The notes beneath the pieces are model-generated. The model was given only the letters and a program-made list of their open reading frames with translations. It searched no databases and was not told the DNA's origin. This document shows positions 20,854 through 30,589 of a stretch of DNA of 64,000 nt, piece by piece; position 1 is the stretch's first letter, and each line of letters starts with the position of its first letter. The position numbers were made by a program, and so were the translations under genes. The stretch covers positions 704,001 to 768,000 of the forward strand of contig JALSOH010000004.1 of assembly GCA_026986575.1 (NCBI GenBank), given 5' to 3'. This stretch comes from Thermoproteota archaeon. Lineage in GTDB: Archaea; Korarchaeota; Korarchaeia; Korarchaeales; Korarchaeaceae.

Positions 20854-21582
20854 TCACCTCTTACCTAGGAAGGCCTCGACGAACTTCTCATCGGCGAGCA
20901 GATCCTTCCCGGGTCCCTTCATCACTATCCTTCCACTGGAGAACACGTAACCCATATCGCAGAAACTTAGGGCCCTCTTGGCGTGCTGCTCAACGAGGAT
21001 GACCGTCACACCGGAGTTAACGATGTCCCTGATCTTCATGAATATCTGCGTGACCACCTTGGGGGCCAGAGCGGCTGCTGGCTCATCCAGCAACAGGAGC
21101 TTAGGCCTCCCCATGAGGGCCATGGCCATTGCCAGCATCTGCCTCTCACCACCACTGAGCGATCCGGCCTTCTGTTTCTGCCTCTCCCTCAGAATCGGGA
21201 AGATATCGAGGATCTCACCCATGTCCTTCCTTATCTGCTCCTTGTCCGTCCTGGCGTACGCGCCCATCTCTAAGTTCTCCCTGACGGTGAGGTTCGGGAA
21301 GACGTTGTTCACCTGGAACACGAACCCAAGCCCCTTCCTCGCCCTGACCTCTGGCGGTAGTTTCGTTATATCCTCCCCGTCGAAGACAACGCTTCCGTTG
21401 AAGACCCTAGTGAGGCCGAAGAGAGTCTTCAGAAAGGTGGACTTACCGGAACCGTTGGGTCCGACGATAGCGGTCACTTTCCCCCTCTCTGCCTGAAAGT
21501 TAACATCCTGTATTATCACGGCCTTTCCGTATCCGGCCGTAAGTTCTTTAGACTCTATTATGTAGTCCGCCATTTCACTCAC
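20854..21582 (-). CDS. livF: Branched-chain amino acid ABC ATPase
   Basis: GPNGSGKST, LTVRENL, AGSLSGGERQM, LVEQ. Confidence 0.94.
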   Translation of the reverse strand: MSEMADYIIESKELTAGYGKAVIIQDVNFQAERGKVTAIVGPNGSGKSTFLKTLFGLTRVFNGSVVFDGEDITKLPPEVRARKGLGFVFQVNNVFPNLTVRENLEMGAYARTDKEQIRKDMGEILDIFPILRERQKQKAGSLSGGERQMLAMAMALMGRPKLLLLDEPAAALAPKVVTQIFMKIRDIVNSGVTVILVEQHAKRALSFCDMGYVFSSGRIVMKGPGKDLLADEKFVEAFLGKR

Positions 21583-22333
21583 CCAAATAAGCGTCTATAA
21601 CCCTCGGGTCCTTATACACACCTTCAGGATCCCCATCATAGATGAGCTCACCGTAATTCATCACAAGGACCCTCTCAACATAATCGAACAGGATGTCCAG
21701 CCTGTGCTCTATTATGAGGAAGGTAAGGCCGTACTCATCTCTTATCCTAACGATGTGGCTGAATATCTCCCTAGCAAGCTTGGGAGCAACGCCTGCTGCT
21801 GGCTCGTCCAGCAACAGAACCCTCGGCTCGGACATCATCGATCTGGTGATCTCAACAAGCTTCATCTGACCGCCGCTCAGTTCCGTGGCCCAGTTGTTCC
21901 TCACCCTAGAGAGACCGAATTCCCTTATGGTATGAAGGGAGGTCTTGGCGTACTCCACCTCCTGATCCTTCCACTTGCTGTGGAATGGCGCGATCACTGG
22001 ATTCTCGCCCTTCTGGTTCCTGTGGGCCACCATAACGTTCTCGACTACCAACATCTTCTCGAAGAGCCTCGGAACTTGGAAGCTCCTCACTATCCCTTTG
22101 TGATAGATATCCCATGGATCTAAGCCCGTAATGTCCTCCCCCTTGAAAAATATCTTCCCCCTATTCGGCTTGTACACTCCCGAAATCACGTTGATGAGTG
22201 TGGTCTTTCCTGAGCCATTGGGTCCTATGAGCCCCACTATCTGTCCTTCCTCCAGATCAAAAGAGACTCCATCTACCGCCCTGATGCCACCAAAATACTT
22301 AGCAACATCTCTAACTTGAAGGATAGCAGTCAT
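21575..22333 (-). CDS. livG: Branched-chain amino acid ABC ATPase
   Basis: FGGIRAV, GPNGSGKTT, RSFQ, LLDEPAAG, IEH, VIDAYLG. Confidence 0.94.
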   Translation of the reverse strand: MTAILQVRDVAKYFGGIRAVDGVSFDLEEGQIVGLIGPNGSGKTTLINVISGVYKPNRGKIFFKGEDITGLDPWDIYHKGIVRSFQVPRLFEKMLVVENVMVAHRNQKGENPVIAPFHSKWKDQEVEYAKTSLHTIREFGLSRVRNNWATELSGGQMKLVEITRSMMSEPRVLLLDEPAAGVAPKLAREIFSHIVRIRDEYGLTFLIIEHRLDILFDYVERVLVMNYGELIYDGDPEGVYKDPRVIDAYLGE

Positions 22334-22363
22334 ATTATCACCAAAAATTGAGAGGGGGGAAGT

Positions 22364-23701
22364 TCAGGGCTGCTCGTAGAATGTGGTCGCCTTGGTCGTA
22401 CCATCGTACTTGCCGATGGTCTTGAAGGTCCACTTGCCGTCCACGACCCTCGGGGCCACGATGTCATAGATAGGCACGGCAGCATCGCCGTACTCATCGA
22501 GCAGCTTCCATCCGGTCACTCCATAGAAGTGCTTTGCTATGTGAGGCACCAACTTCTGGAAGACCCTTCCATCGTACTTGTGGGCAACGAGTACAGTGAG
22601 ACCAGCTATCCAGGCGGCGTCGTAGGCGTAGAACGCGTAGGTACTGGCCTCAGGTGATTCACCGAACTTCTTGGTGTACTTCTCTATGAACTCCTTCACC
22701 AGCGGATTGTCCTTGGATCCTACAGCGGGCGTGGTAGCCATGAAGTGCACGCTCTGGAGGAACTTGGCTATGTCCTCCTTGGCCTTGGGCGGCAGGAAGG
22801 TGGCCCTCTTCATGGAGTCAGGCCCGAACCACCTGACCTTGCTGAGCGTCGGATCCAACCTAGCGGCCTCGAGGATCTTTATACCGTCGTCGTCGAAGGC
22901 TATTATGACCACGCCGGTCTCGGCATCGGCGCCGAAGTTGGCGACCGCAGAGCTGGCCCTCTCGACATCAGCGGAGAGGTCGGGCTGCGTGTAGTCGTAG
23001 ATTATCTTGACGACCTGACCTCCGAGCTTCTTGAAGTTCTCCTCTATCAGGTCAGCGAGACCCTTGCCATAGTCGTCGCTCCTAGCCATTATGACCAGCT
23101 TCTTGATCCCCTGATCCCAGATGATCTTGGCCAGAGCCGGACCCTGGTACTTGTCAGGTGAAGGTACCCTGAAACAGTAGTCGTTCTTGACCATAGCAGC
23201 GGTTCCGGTGCTGCTCGGACTTATGGCGGTCATGTGGTGGGACTTGGCGTAGTCGAGAATGGCCTTGCACTCGCTGGTAGCGAGCGGGCCAACGACCATC
23301 TGCACGCCAGCGGACGCGAGCTTCTCGTAGGCAGCTATAGCACCCTCAGCAGAGGTCTTGGTGTCCTCATGGATGTACTTGAGTCTAACGGGAGAGCCAG
23401 CCTCTTCTAGCATAGCGTTTATCTCCTCTATGGCTAGAATTGCCGCGTTTCTCCTCCTAGGACCGTCCACTGCGTAACCTCCAGTGACGGCGATTGCCAA
23501 TCCGATCACATACTCCTTCTGCTCAGGAGCTGCAGCAGTTCCCGTTACAGTGACCGTCTTGGTGATGGTCTGCGCACCGGCACCGCCCACGGTGACGGTG
23601 GTGGTGGACACGCTCACCTTACCAGGGGCGGCCACGTAGCCCAACAGGATTCCTATGATGAAGAGGACAATAGAAACTACTCCCCACGCTTTCGAACTCA
23701 T
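22364..23701 (-). CDS. livK: Branched-chain amino acid ABC substrate-binding protein
   Basis: TM plus Thr-rich linker, LAIEEIN, VVGP, ISPSST, FRV.SPD.YQG, DDYG.G, YAYDA, GVTG. Confidence 0.9.
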   Translation of the reverse strand: MSSKAWGVVSIVLFIIGILLGYVAAPGKVSVSTTTVTVGGAGAQTITKTVTVTGTAAAPEQKEYVIGLAIAVTGGYAVDGPRRRNAAILAIEEINAMLEEAGSPVRLKYIHEDTKTSAEGAIAAYEKLASAGVQMVVGPLATSECKAILDYAKSHHMTAISPSSTGTAAMVKNDYCFRVPSPDKYQGPALAKIIWDQGIKKLVIMARSDDYGKGLADLIEENFKKLGGQVVKIIYDYTQPDLSADVERASSAVANFGADAETGVVIIAFDDDGIKILEAARLDPTLSKVRWFGPDSMKRATFLPPKAKEDIAKFLQSVHFMATTPAVGSKDNPLVKEFIEKYTKKFGESPEASTYAFYAYDAAWIAGLTVLVAHKYDGRVFQKLVPHIAKHFYGVTGWKLLDEYGDAAVPIYDIVAPRVVDGKWTFKTIGKYDGTTKATTFYEQP

Positions 23702-24118
23702 TTACTCACCCCTTACAGGGCTTCTTAGGGAGCCTAGCGGTATCTCCCATTCTGATACTCTTAAAATTTACGGTAAAAGTATGAATGAGGCCATAAGCAG
23801 GCTCCTCCTTTGAATGGATTAAAATAAATTGACAAATGGCCCTATCTAAAAATTACGTTGACAATTTCCATTAGCAACTTAGAGACGACATCATTAAGTC
23901 CCAGAACGGCCGTTTTTATGGTAGGACCTTCAGGATACTGTAATACCCACATTCCCATCGAACCAATGTAAACTGCCCCGTATACATGTGCCAAGGCAGA
24001 ATTGAGAGGAGCTTTAATTTAAGACATTTTGACGATGCTTAAGGGTCTGGGAGGATATCCCTCCCTCTTGAGTAAAAATAGTTTCTATTAAGAGAGTGTA
24101 TTATTTTTACACAATGGA

Positions 24119-25021
24119 TCAGGGACTCTCCGCTTGATTAGTACGAGATCTGAGTCTTCCGTAACCGATCCAAGCCAATAACGCGACTAGCAGTGGTATC
24201 GCAAGGAAAGCGGTCCCGACCACCAGGATATATATGGAACCCATCAGGGCTCTGCTCGCATCCTCGATTACCTTATCCCAGAAGCTCTTTTCCGTCGTAC
24301 CAGCCCCTCTTTTCTGGAGATTCACGTTAATGGTGGCGTAGTCCACCCTATTCCTCATGCTCTCCCTCATTGCCTCCAGCCTCTCTATTCTCTCCCTGAC
24401 AGCTGAGAGGCGATCCTCTATCTCAAGTATATCTCTAACATTCTCTGCCTTGTTCAAAAGATCCAGTAGTCTCTGCTCCTCCGCCTTAGCGTTCCTCAAC
24501 CTAGCCTCCAGATCAACGAGGGCATCCGTCAGATCCACGGTGTTTATCTCCTCAAGTTTCACCTCACCTAAGGACCTCAACTGAGGGAGCGCAGCGTTCA
24601 AGTTGCTCTTGGGTATCTTGATGGTGAGATATGCCCTGTCCTTAGTCACACTAGAGTGCTTAACGTAGCCACCAAGCGAGTAGGCCAATTGTGCCACCTT
24701 ATTTGCCGTATTCCCCACATCCTCTACTTCTAGGACCATGGAAACCGTGATAGATATCTCCCTACCTACCTCAAACGTTCCCGGGATGAAATCGGTCCCA
24801 GCTGAGGACTTACCGTACTCCCCAGCGATAGCAGTCGTTCTTACGGTCTCCGGCTTGGGAGCCACGGGACCGTAGCCACCTTTCCCTTCTAACATTTCTC
24901 TGGGCCTTCCTCTTGGGAGCTCCCTCTCTATTTCCGGATAGTAGATGTATCCCGCCACGATCAGCGTGAGAAAGATTAACACCGCCACCAAATATCTCTT
25001 ATTCATGCAACCCCCAAGCAT
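24119..25021 (-). CDS. DUF4349 domain membrane protein
   Basis: N-terminal TM, GGYV, LRSLG, DLEARL coiled coil, IE..LS.VRERIERLE, VDYATI, C-terminal TM. Confidence 0.85.
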   Translation of the reverse strand: MLGGCMNKRYLVAVLIFLTLIVAGYIYYPEIERELPRGRPREMLEGKGGYGPVAPKPETVRTTAIAGEYGKSSAGTDFIPGTFEVGREISITVSMVLEVEDVGNTANKVAQLAYSLGGYVKHSSVTKDRAYLTIKIPKSNLNAALPQLRSLGEVKLEEINTVDLTDALVDLEARLRNAKAEEQRLLDLLNKAENVRDILEIEDRLSAVRERIERLEAMRESMRNRVDYATINVNLQKRGAGTTEKSFWDKVIEDASRALMGSIYILVVGTAFLAIPLLVALLAWIGYGRLRSRTNQAESP

Positions 25022-25086
25022 AGATGTTCATTCAACCTAAAAAGGGGAAGGGAAAGGTTCGGTGAAAATTGAACCAATCTATTCCT

Positions 25087-25953
25087 CTATTCCATTATAT
25101 TTGGATGGAACAAGAGGTGATCGGCCGCAACGGTCAGGACTCTCCCCCCGTACTCCTTCAACACCTCCTTAGCCACCTTGTAGTGGGCACCTGTTGACAT
25201 TCCTCCGAGCACTCCCTTCTCCGCCAACCTCCTCGCCCATGAGATCGCCTCATCAGGACTGACAGCTCTCACTTCATCCACTATGGACAGGTCTAGGTTC
25301 TCGGGTATGTGGAAGGAGTCGTAACCATCGATCTCTCCTCTAAACTCCCCCTCTATCCCGAACTTCTTGGCAATCTCCGAACCTACCGGCGTAACTGCAA
25401 TTATCTTGATGTCATACTCCTCCTTGAGTATGCGACCGACGCCCGTGATCGTTCCACCCGTTCCCACTCCCATGACGAAGACATCTACCTTTCCGACTTG
25501 CTCGATTATCTCGCGGGCCATGCTCTCCTGTCCCCGAGGGTTCGCAGGATTTGAGTCCTGCATGAGGAAGTGAGCACCCCTTTCCCTCTGTATCCTCTCG
25601 GCGACGGAGAATATACTTCTAGGATCATCAGGGGGGACGTTGGGGCAGAGGGTGACGTGAGCACCTAACCTCCTCATCAGGGATATCTTAACGGGGCTGG
25701 CGGTTTCTTTGGCCACTATGTAGACCTCGAACTCCATCAATTTCCCGTAAAGGGATAGAGCAACACCCGTACTCCCACTTGTGGCCTCCACTATTGCTCC
25801 CCCTCTCCCCTTCCTGTCAACGAGGTCTAAGAGCATGGACACGGCCATCCTATCCTTGTGGCTGCCTCCCGGATTCAGGTACTCGAGCTTGAATAAGATG
25901 CTATCCACCTCAACAATCGGGGTGTTCCCGACCTGCTCCCAGAGTTCAGCCAT
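25087..25953 (-). CDS. Cysteine synthase/cystathionine beta-synthase family PLP enzyme
   Basis: VGNTP, KLEYLNPGGSHKDR, EATSGSTG, GVGTGGT, GGMSTGA. Confidence 0.88.
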   Translation of the reverse strand: MAELWEQVGNTPIVEVDSILFKLEYLNPGGSHKDRMAVSMLLDLVDRKGRGGAIVEATSGSTGVALSLYGKLMEFEVYIVAKETASPVKISLMRRLGAHVTLCPNVPPDDPRSIFSVAERIQRERGAHFLMQDSNPANPRGQESMAREIIEQVGKVDVFVMGVGTGGTITGVGRILKEEYDIKIIAVTPVGSEIAKKFGIEGEFRGEIDGYDSFHIPENLDLSIVDEVRAVSPDEAISWARRLAEKGVLGGMSTGAHYKVAKEVLKEYGGRVLTVAADHLLFHPNIME

Positions 25954-26344
25954 AACGGATCCATGTCGGTGATAGGTGCGAAAAATAAAAGGGAAGGTGA
26001 ATACCAGCCATCCTCCTCTGAGTCATGGCAGCTGGCTGCTACGGGGGAAGCATTATGGGGTTGATGGGAGCAAGTACTGATCCTCTTTAACCTCCAATCG
26101 GTTATTCTAAAGGCATGGATGTAGTCCCTTTGCTCACGGCTACCGTAGATTGAGGTAATAAATTCCAAGTCCAAGCAGTTCATCAATCCTCATTAAAGGG
26201 ATTACCGCTAAATTCGTTTAGAGAGGTACGTGAGATCACGACTTAATATTCTATTAAGCAGGATAAGACGGGTCTGGGTCTCGCTCTATCCACACCTCGC
26301 TAATCATCACAAAAAGGATTGAGGTGGGAGAGACTAACGAAGTA

Positions 26345-28030
26345 CTAATGGGACCTCCTCCTCAGCAAGAATATGGCAATTAGCGCTAGGATCACAACGA
26401 GCGGAATTGCTACGAACAGGGCATTAACTCCTTCTCTTCTCGTCTCTGTAGTCGTTATTTCGGTGACTGGGATACCAGATGTAGCTGCTCCAGTTCTGGA
26501 TTTAGTGGTAGTCGAGGGACCGGTAGCTCCTGTGGTTTTGGTGGTGACAGGAGTACTTGAGGTAGTTTGGGCCTGTTCACCTTCCAAGACCTTTATTCCC
26601 AATGATAGATTGGTTTCATAACCCCCGCCCCGGGCCGTCAATAAGAGGATATGGTCCCCTAGGGGCGCATCAGCAGAAGCCCTGATGGTTACCTCTGTCT
26701 TGAAGGGTGGAACACCGTCCTCTGGATCGAAGGAGAGGTTTAGGCCTTGGGGTGTTTCCGCACTTAGATGAACTTTCGACCAAAACTTACCTCTGGGAAC
26801 TAGATTCAGAGAGAATGACGCGGAGCTACCTCTCTTCACCGAGAGTTTAGTTGTCTCAGGCATAAGGAGGAAGTAATCCTTCAAAATCTCCTTCTTCTCC
26901 TCCACCACCAGCTTGATTGAGGCTCCTGAGAGGGAGAAGTACTCCTCGTTGTACCCTATTGGGGCTGGAGAGAATTTGAGAGTATATTCACCCAGCTCAG
27001 CGTTCTCGTCAACCGTCACATAAGCTTCGAAGGCGGATCCATTATCAAGGGGATGGACATCTACGGTCACGCCATTTCCACCGACTACCTCGCTTTCCAC
27101 CTCTAGATTACCTAGGAACGTGCTATCTACAGCGATACGAAAACTGGTGTTCTCCCCCGGGTGCATGATTAGAGGTGATTGGGTTTCAGCTCTGAGGCTA
27201 ACGGTGGGGCCTGTAAAGTTTATCATCAAGAGGGGCGTGTACTCCGGCACATTTCTCTTTTCAGTCAGCTCTTTGCTGTAGAATTTAGCATAATACTGGG
27301 CTTCCTTTCTCAGGAACTCATAGCTCTTGGCTTCGGCAGCTCCTCCTCCTTGATAATTCCTAGTAGCTATAATCTCCTTAGGCCCGGGGTACTTACCAGG
27401 ATCCGGTGTGATCAGGATGCCACAATTAGGAATCTCTCCTTTCACTACTCTCCTATAGTAATCCGTTACGTTGAACCTGTAATATCCTGTGCTCTTTTGG
27501 AACTTTCCAAGGGTCCCCTGATCCAAGAGGGTCTTCTCGTGAGTACCACCGTCCTCCTTCCATCTGGTTCCCTCGAATCTACTTAACCAAGTCACCTCGC
27601 TCTCCTTAAAACACTCCTCAAGACCGTATATTTTCACTGGGAGGCTGTCGTAGGGGAAGTATACGTGTAACTGGAGGATAGCTCCAGTAACTTCCGAGCC
27701 GGGAGGTATTTGGCTTAGATTGAAGTGAACTAAGATATTCCTTTTATCCATCACTTCATATTTCTGCTTACATTTTATTCCCTTACCTCCTGGATACGGA
27801 TCGGTGTATCGGAAAATCTCACAGTCGTATTGAGAGAGATACTTGGAGAATCCGATTATCAGGTAGTCCTCGAGGCCTGCCTTCCAACTGGGTTTGTCTT
27901 GGGCGATGTAAGAATCCGATAAAACTGTGATATTCAAAGATATTTGCTTGGGTTGTGCTAGAGAAGGTACCAGAATCAAGGAGACGGCTAGAGAGAACAG
28001 CAGAATGTATTTAAATGAAGGACTGAACAA
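26345..28030 (-). CDS. Surface protein: DNRLRE-like domain, Ig-like domains, Thr-rich stalk and C-terminal TM
   Basis: Signal peptide, DSYI, ILVHFNLS.IP, A.LQL, VTW..W...GG, FNVT, FYSKE..P.L; then PPF Ig motif, T-rich linker, TM and RRR. Confidence 0.8.
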   Translation of the reverse strand: MFSPSFKYILLFSLAVSLILVPSLAQPKQISLNITVLSDSYIAQDKPSWKAGLEDYLIIGFSKYLSQYDCEIFRYTDPYPGGKGIKCKQKYEVMDKRNILVHFNLSQIPPGSEVTGAILQLHVYFPYDSLPVKIYGLEECFKESEVTWLSRFEGTRWKEDGGTHEKTLLDQGTLGKFQKSTGYYRFNVTDYYRRVVKGEIPNCGILITPDPGKYPGPKEIIATRNYQGGGAAEAKSYEFLRKEAQYYAKFYSKELTEKRNVPEYTPLLMINFTGPTVSLRAETQSPLIMHPGENTSFRIAVDSTFLGNLEVESEVVGGNGVTVDVHPLDNGSAFEAYVTVDENAELGEYTLKFSPAPIGYNEEYFSLSGASIKLVVEEKKEILKDYFLLMPETTKLSVKRGSSASFSLNLVPRGKFWSKVHLSAETPQGLNLSFDPEDGVPPFKTEVTIRASADAPLGDHILLLTARGGGYETNLSLGIKVLEGEQAQTTSSTPVTTKTTGATGPSTTTKSRTGAATSGIPVTEITTTETRREGVNALFVAIPLVVILALIAIFLLRRRSH

Positions 28031-28151
28031 ATTACCAGCCCGTTAAGTTAACTCATTAACTCACTTATTAGTCTTACTTTCTACTGAACTCGCCTCGGAG
28101 AAGGGAGTTATTTGGTCATCGAGCATGCAACCTGTCAACTAAGCTGAGTCC

Positions 28152-28775
28152 TCACTGTATCGTCCTCTCGAGAACTGCCAAGCTAACGGCGAGAGCTGCT
28201 AGATTGGATTCCGTTCGAGATTCACCCAAGCCAATGACCAAGATGTCGCCATCAGATGGGTGGAACGCCTCCCTGATAAGAGATTCGTCCGTCGATTTGT
28301 ACTTCTCTAACGGTTCCATGGTATCAGGGAAGAATAGATGTCCGCCCTTGGATGCGAGAATTATCGCACCCCTCCCCCCAGCCCTAACTGCCTCATCCCT
28401 GAGATCAACGACATTGAACTCTAGTCTATAGGGAACCCTCACCAAGAATATTGTTACCTTTCCCCTAACTAAATCCCGAAGATCTAGCTCCACGGGGCCC
28501 TTCAGGAACTTCCTCAGTTCTTTAACTTCCCTAAGGCCCTTTTTCGTCAGGTAACATCCATCTCGATCGACCTTCAAGTATCCTGCCTCCCTGAGTCTCC
28601 TTATGAGGCTCCTGACGCTGCCTTCTCCTATATCCATGAGATCTGCGAGCCTTTTCCTACCTATAGGGCCTTCCTCAAGGAGCAGGATCATCATAACCGC
28701 ATGTATGAAATTAAAACTAGGGGTGGGCCCGGGTAGTCTTTTAACGGCACTTTTTAGCTCCTTTAGTACTCTCAA
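28152..28775 (-). CDS. wHTH putative regulator with DUF4443-like C-terminus
   Basis: GPIGRKRLA..IGEGSVRSLIRRL, G..LT.KG, LRDEAVRAGGRGA. Confidence 0.78.
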   Translation of the reverse strand: MRVLKELKSAVKRLPGPTPSFNFIHAVMMILLLEEGPIGRKRLADLMDIGEGSVRSLIRRLREAGYLKVDRDGCYLTKKGLREVKELRKFLKGPVELDLRDLVRGKVTIFLVRVPYRLEFNVVDLRDEAVRAGGRGAIILASKGGHLFFPDTMEPLEKYKSTDESLIREAFHPSDGDILVIGLGESRTESNLAALAVSLAVLERTIQ

Positions 28776-28847
28776 TTCGATCCGAGGATCAGTAGCAATC
28801 TTTATTAAATAGCTTTTTGGATGGATTATCCATCCAAGGTGGCTGAT

Positions 28848-29291
28848 ATGGATGAGAGAGCTTGGAAGATAATATCAATTCTCCTCCTCGCTTGGGCCGT
28901 ATCAGTGACGGCTCTTTACGTGGGCAGCTGTTTCAACACCACCCCCGGTAATTCTGGATCTATGATTACCGTGAACCTAGGTATCAAGTACAAGGGGGAG
29001 AACGTGGAGTGGCACAATTTGACGGAGGTACCCGCGGGAACTACACTATTGGGTGCGACCGAGGTGGTGACCGATGTCAACTACACCACCTATCCCGGGA
29101 TGGGGGCCTTCATCAACTCAATAAATGGGGTTGAGAACGAGAAGCCATACTACTGGATTTGGTGGACGTGGAACCCCTCGACGGGCTGGACCCTTGGTCC
29201 CGTGGCTGCGGATAAATACGTCCTGTCTGACGGGGAAACGGTGATGTGGTACTACGAGGATACAAGCAAATATCCCCCAGAAAAACCCTGA
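28848..29291 (+). CDS. DUF4430 (transcobalamin C-terminal-like beta-grasp) membrane-anchored protein
   Basis: TM, GTTLL.AT, GAFINSINGV, YWIWW, AADKYVLSDGETVMW.Y. Confidence 0.82.
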   Translation: MDERAWKIISILLLAWAVSVTALYVGSCFNTTPGNSGSMITVNLGIKYKGENVEWHNLTEVPAGTTLLGATEVVTDVNYTTYPGMGAFINSINGVENEKPYYWIWWTWNPSTGWTLGPVAADKYVLSDGETVMWYYEDTSKYPPEKP

Positions 29292-29557
29292 GGAGGTTGG
29301 CCAGAGGCCTTCCTCCTCTAAAACCACGAATAGCGCTGGATTCAGAATGGGAGCTGATGACGCCCGCGAAGGTCTCCAGAGACCAGCTCCCCCGCATCTT
29401 CAAAACGGGTGATGAGTCGATTTGAAGTGGGAGTGATGCTTACTCTCCCTGCGAGCTCTCGAGAGGTTTACCACCGCCGTTATCGGAAATCATCTCACCG
29501 CATTCAAGTTCCTCCTGCACCGGGGTGCGACTGTAGCTAGGGCGGATCCTTAAAACC

Positions 29558-29776
29558 TCACGAAGCGACCAGAAAAGCCAACAATCCAAAGGTAGCAGCC
29601 ATTATACCGCTTAAAAGATGTACTAGTCTGACGTAGCGGAGCACCCGCCTAACCCTCCTTGGAGACCACAGGAGGATCAGACCACTCATCACCGTGAGGA
29701 TTCCGTATATTACAGCCATGTAGCCGAGGCCGTGATGATCTAGCACGACCCACCTGAGGATGTCAAGATTAATCAT
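29558..29776 (-). CDS. Small 2-TM membrane protein
   Basis: ATGA overlap with the upstream nitroreductase; His-containing TM helices. Confidence 0.65.
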   Translation of the reverse strand: MINLDILRWVVLDHHGLGYMAVIYGILTVMSGLILLWSPRRVRRVLRYVRLVHLLSGIMAATFGLLAFLVAS

Positions 29777-30501
29777 TGCCTTCTCCCCAATGGAAATATA
29801 TACAAAGGATCCTCCTCACACTCGATGATTTCCTTGACCTTATCATCGTAGAAAGCTCCCACGGCCACGGTCCCCAATCCCAGCGCGGTGGCTTGTAGGT
29901 AAATGTTCTGGCCGACATGCCCAGCCTCCATGTAAACGTACCTAACTCCCCTCTCCCCGTAAACAGATGTCGTCCTTTCAAAGTTGGCCGCTATGATAAG
30001 ACATACTGGGGCCTCCCTCACCCATTCTTGGTCTAAGGCTGCTTTACCAAGATCAGAAGAGTAGTCTCCCTCCCTCACGAGGTGGAGGGCGTGGTCAAAC
30101 GGGTCGTAGAGGTATATGCCAGGAGCTAGCCCTTCGACACCTCCTTCTCTCACCGAGACGTATATGGTGATAGGATAAGTGGCTCCCGCGCTCGGCGCCG
30201 CCCTAAATCCCTGACTATGTAAGGTTATTCCCTGAGCAGACCAGAGAACCTGACCCAATTCGCTTAGAGTAAGGGGTTCCGCTGAGTACTTCCTGATAGA
30301 TCTTCTCCTATAGATGGCCTCCTCCACACTCATCTCACCGGTGAGAGCCGGCTCTGGCAACATTACTGTACCTCTTACGCCACTGATCTGTTTGCTAGGG
30401 GCCAAGTAATTGATGGCGCCTACGTAGATGGATAGTACAAAGCAAGAGAGCGCGAATATCGCAGCTATAGCGAGGCTCTCTCGCACGGGGGGATATCTCA
30501 T
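29773..30501 (-). CDS. SagB/ThcOx-type nitroreductase with N-terminal TM
   Basis: RRRSIRKY, LWSAQG, RAAPSAGATYP, EAGHVGQNIYL.ATALGLG, GAF.D. Confidence 0.9.
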   Translation of the reverse strand: MRYPPVRESLAIAAIFALSCFVLSIYVGAINYLAPSKQISGVRGTVMLPEPALTGEMSVEEAIYRRRSIRKYSAEPLTLSELGQVLWSAQGITLHSQGFRAAPSAGATYPITIYVSVREGGVEGLAPGIYLYDPFDHALHLVREGDYSSDLGKAALDQEWVREAPVCLIIAANFERTTSVYGERGVRYVYMEAGHVGQNIYLQATALGLGTVAVGAFYDDKVKEIIECEEDPLYIFPLGRRQ

Positions 30502-30589
30502 CTCTTAAGTAATCTGGGTTACAGGGAAAAACGTGCCTACCCAAACTTTTTAACTTCCCACTACACGGGGGGATCGGTGCTGCCCATGG

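Noticed and set aside
25954-26344. ORF 25875..26186 or an ncRNA (SRP, RNase P, tRNA) in a 390-nt gap
   Set aside because: No SRP helix-8, RNase P P4 or tRNA T-loop signature; the ORF composition is implausible.
29349-29391. Hammerhead ribozyme (CTGATGA...GAA core), archaeal SECIS (GAA/A loop) or fluoride riboswitch
   Set aside because: For a hammerhead, stem II cannot form (CGCCCGC), A15.1-U16.1 is absent and the stem I register mismatches. For SECIS, the lower helix is only 2 bp and no UGA-readthrough gene was seen. The GGCGATG 5' half of a fluoride riboswitch is missing.
29773-30501. TOMM/RiPP cluster around the SagB-type dehydrogenase
   Set aside because: No YcaO, E1-like protein or precursor peptide; stand-alone SagB-like nitroreductases are common in archaea.
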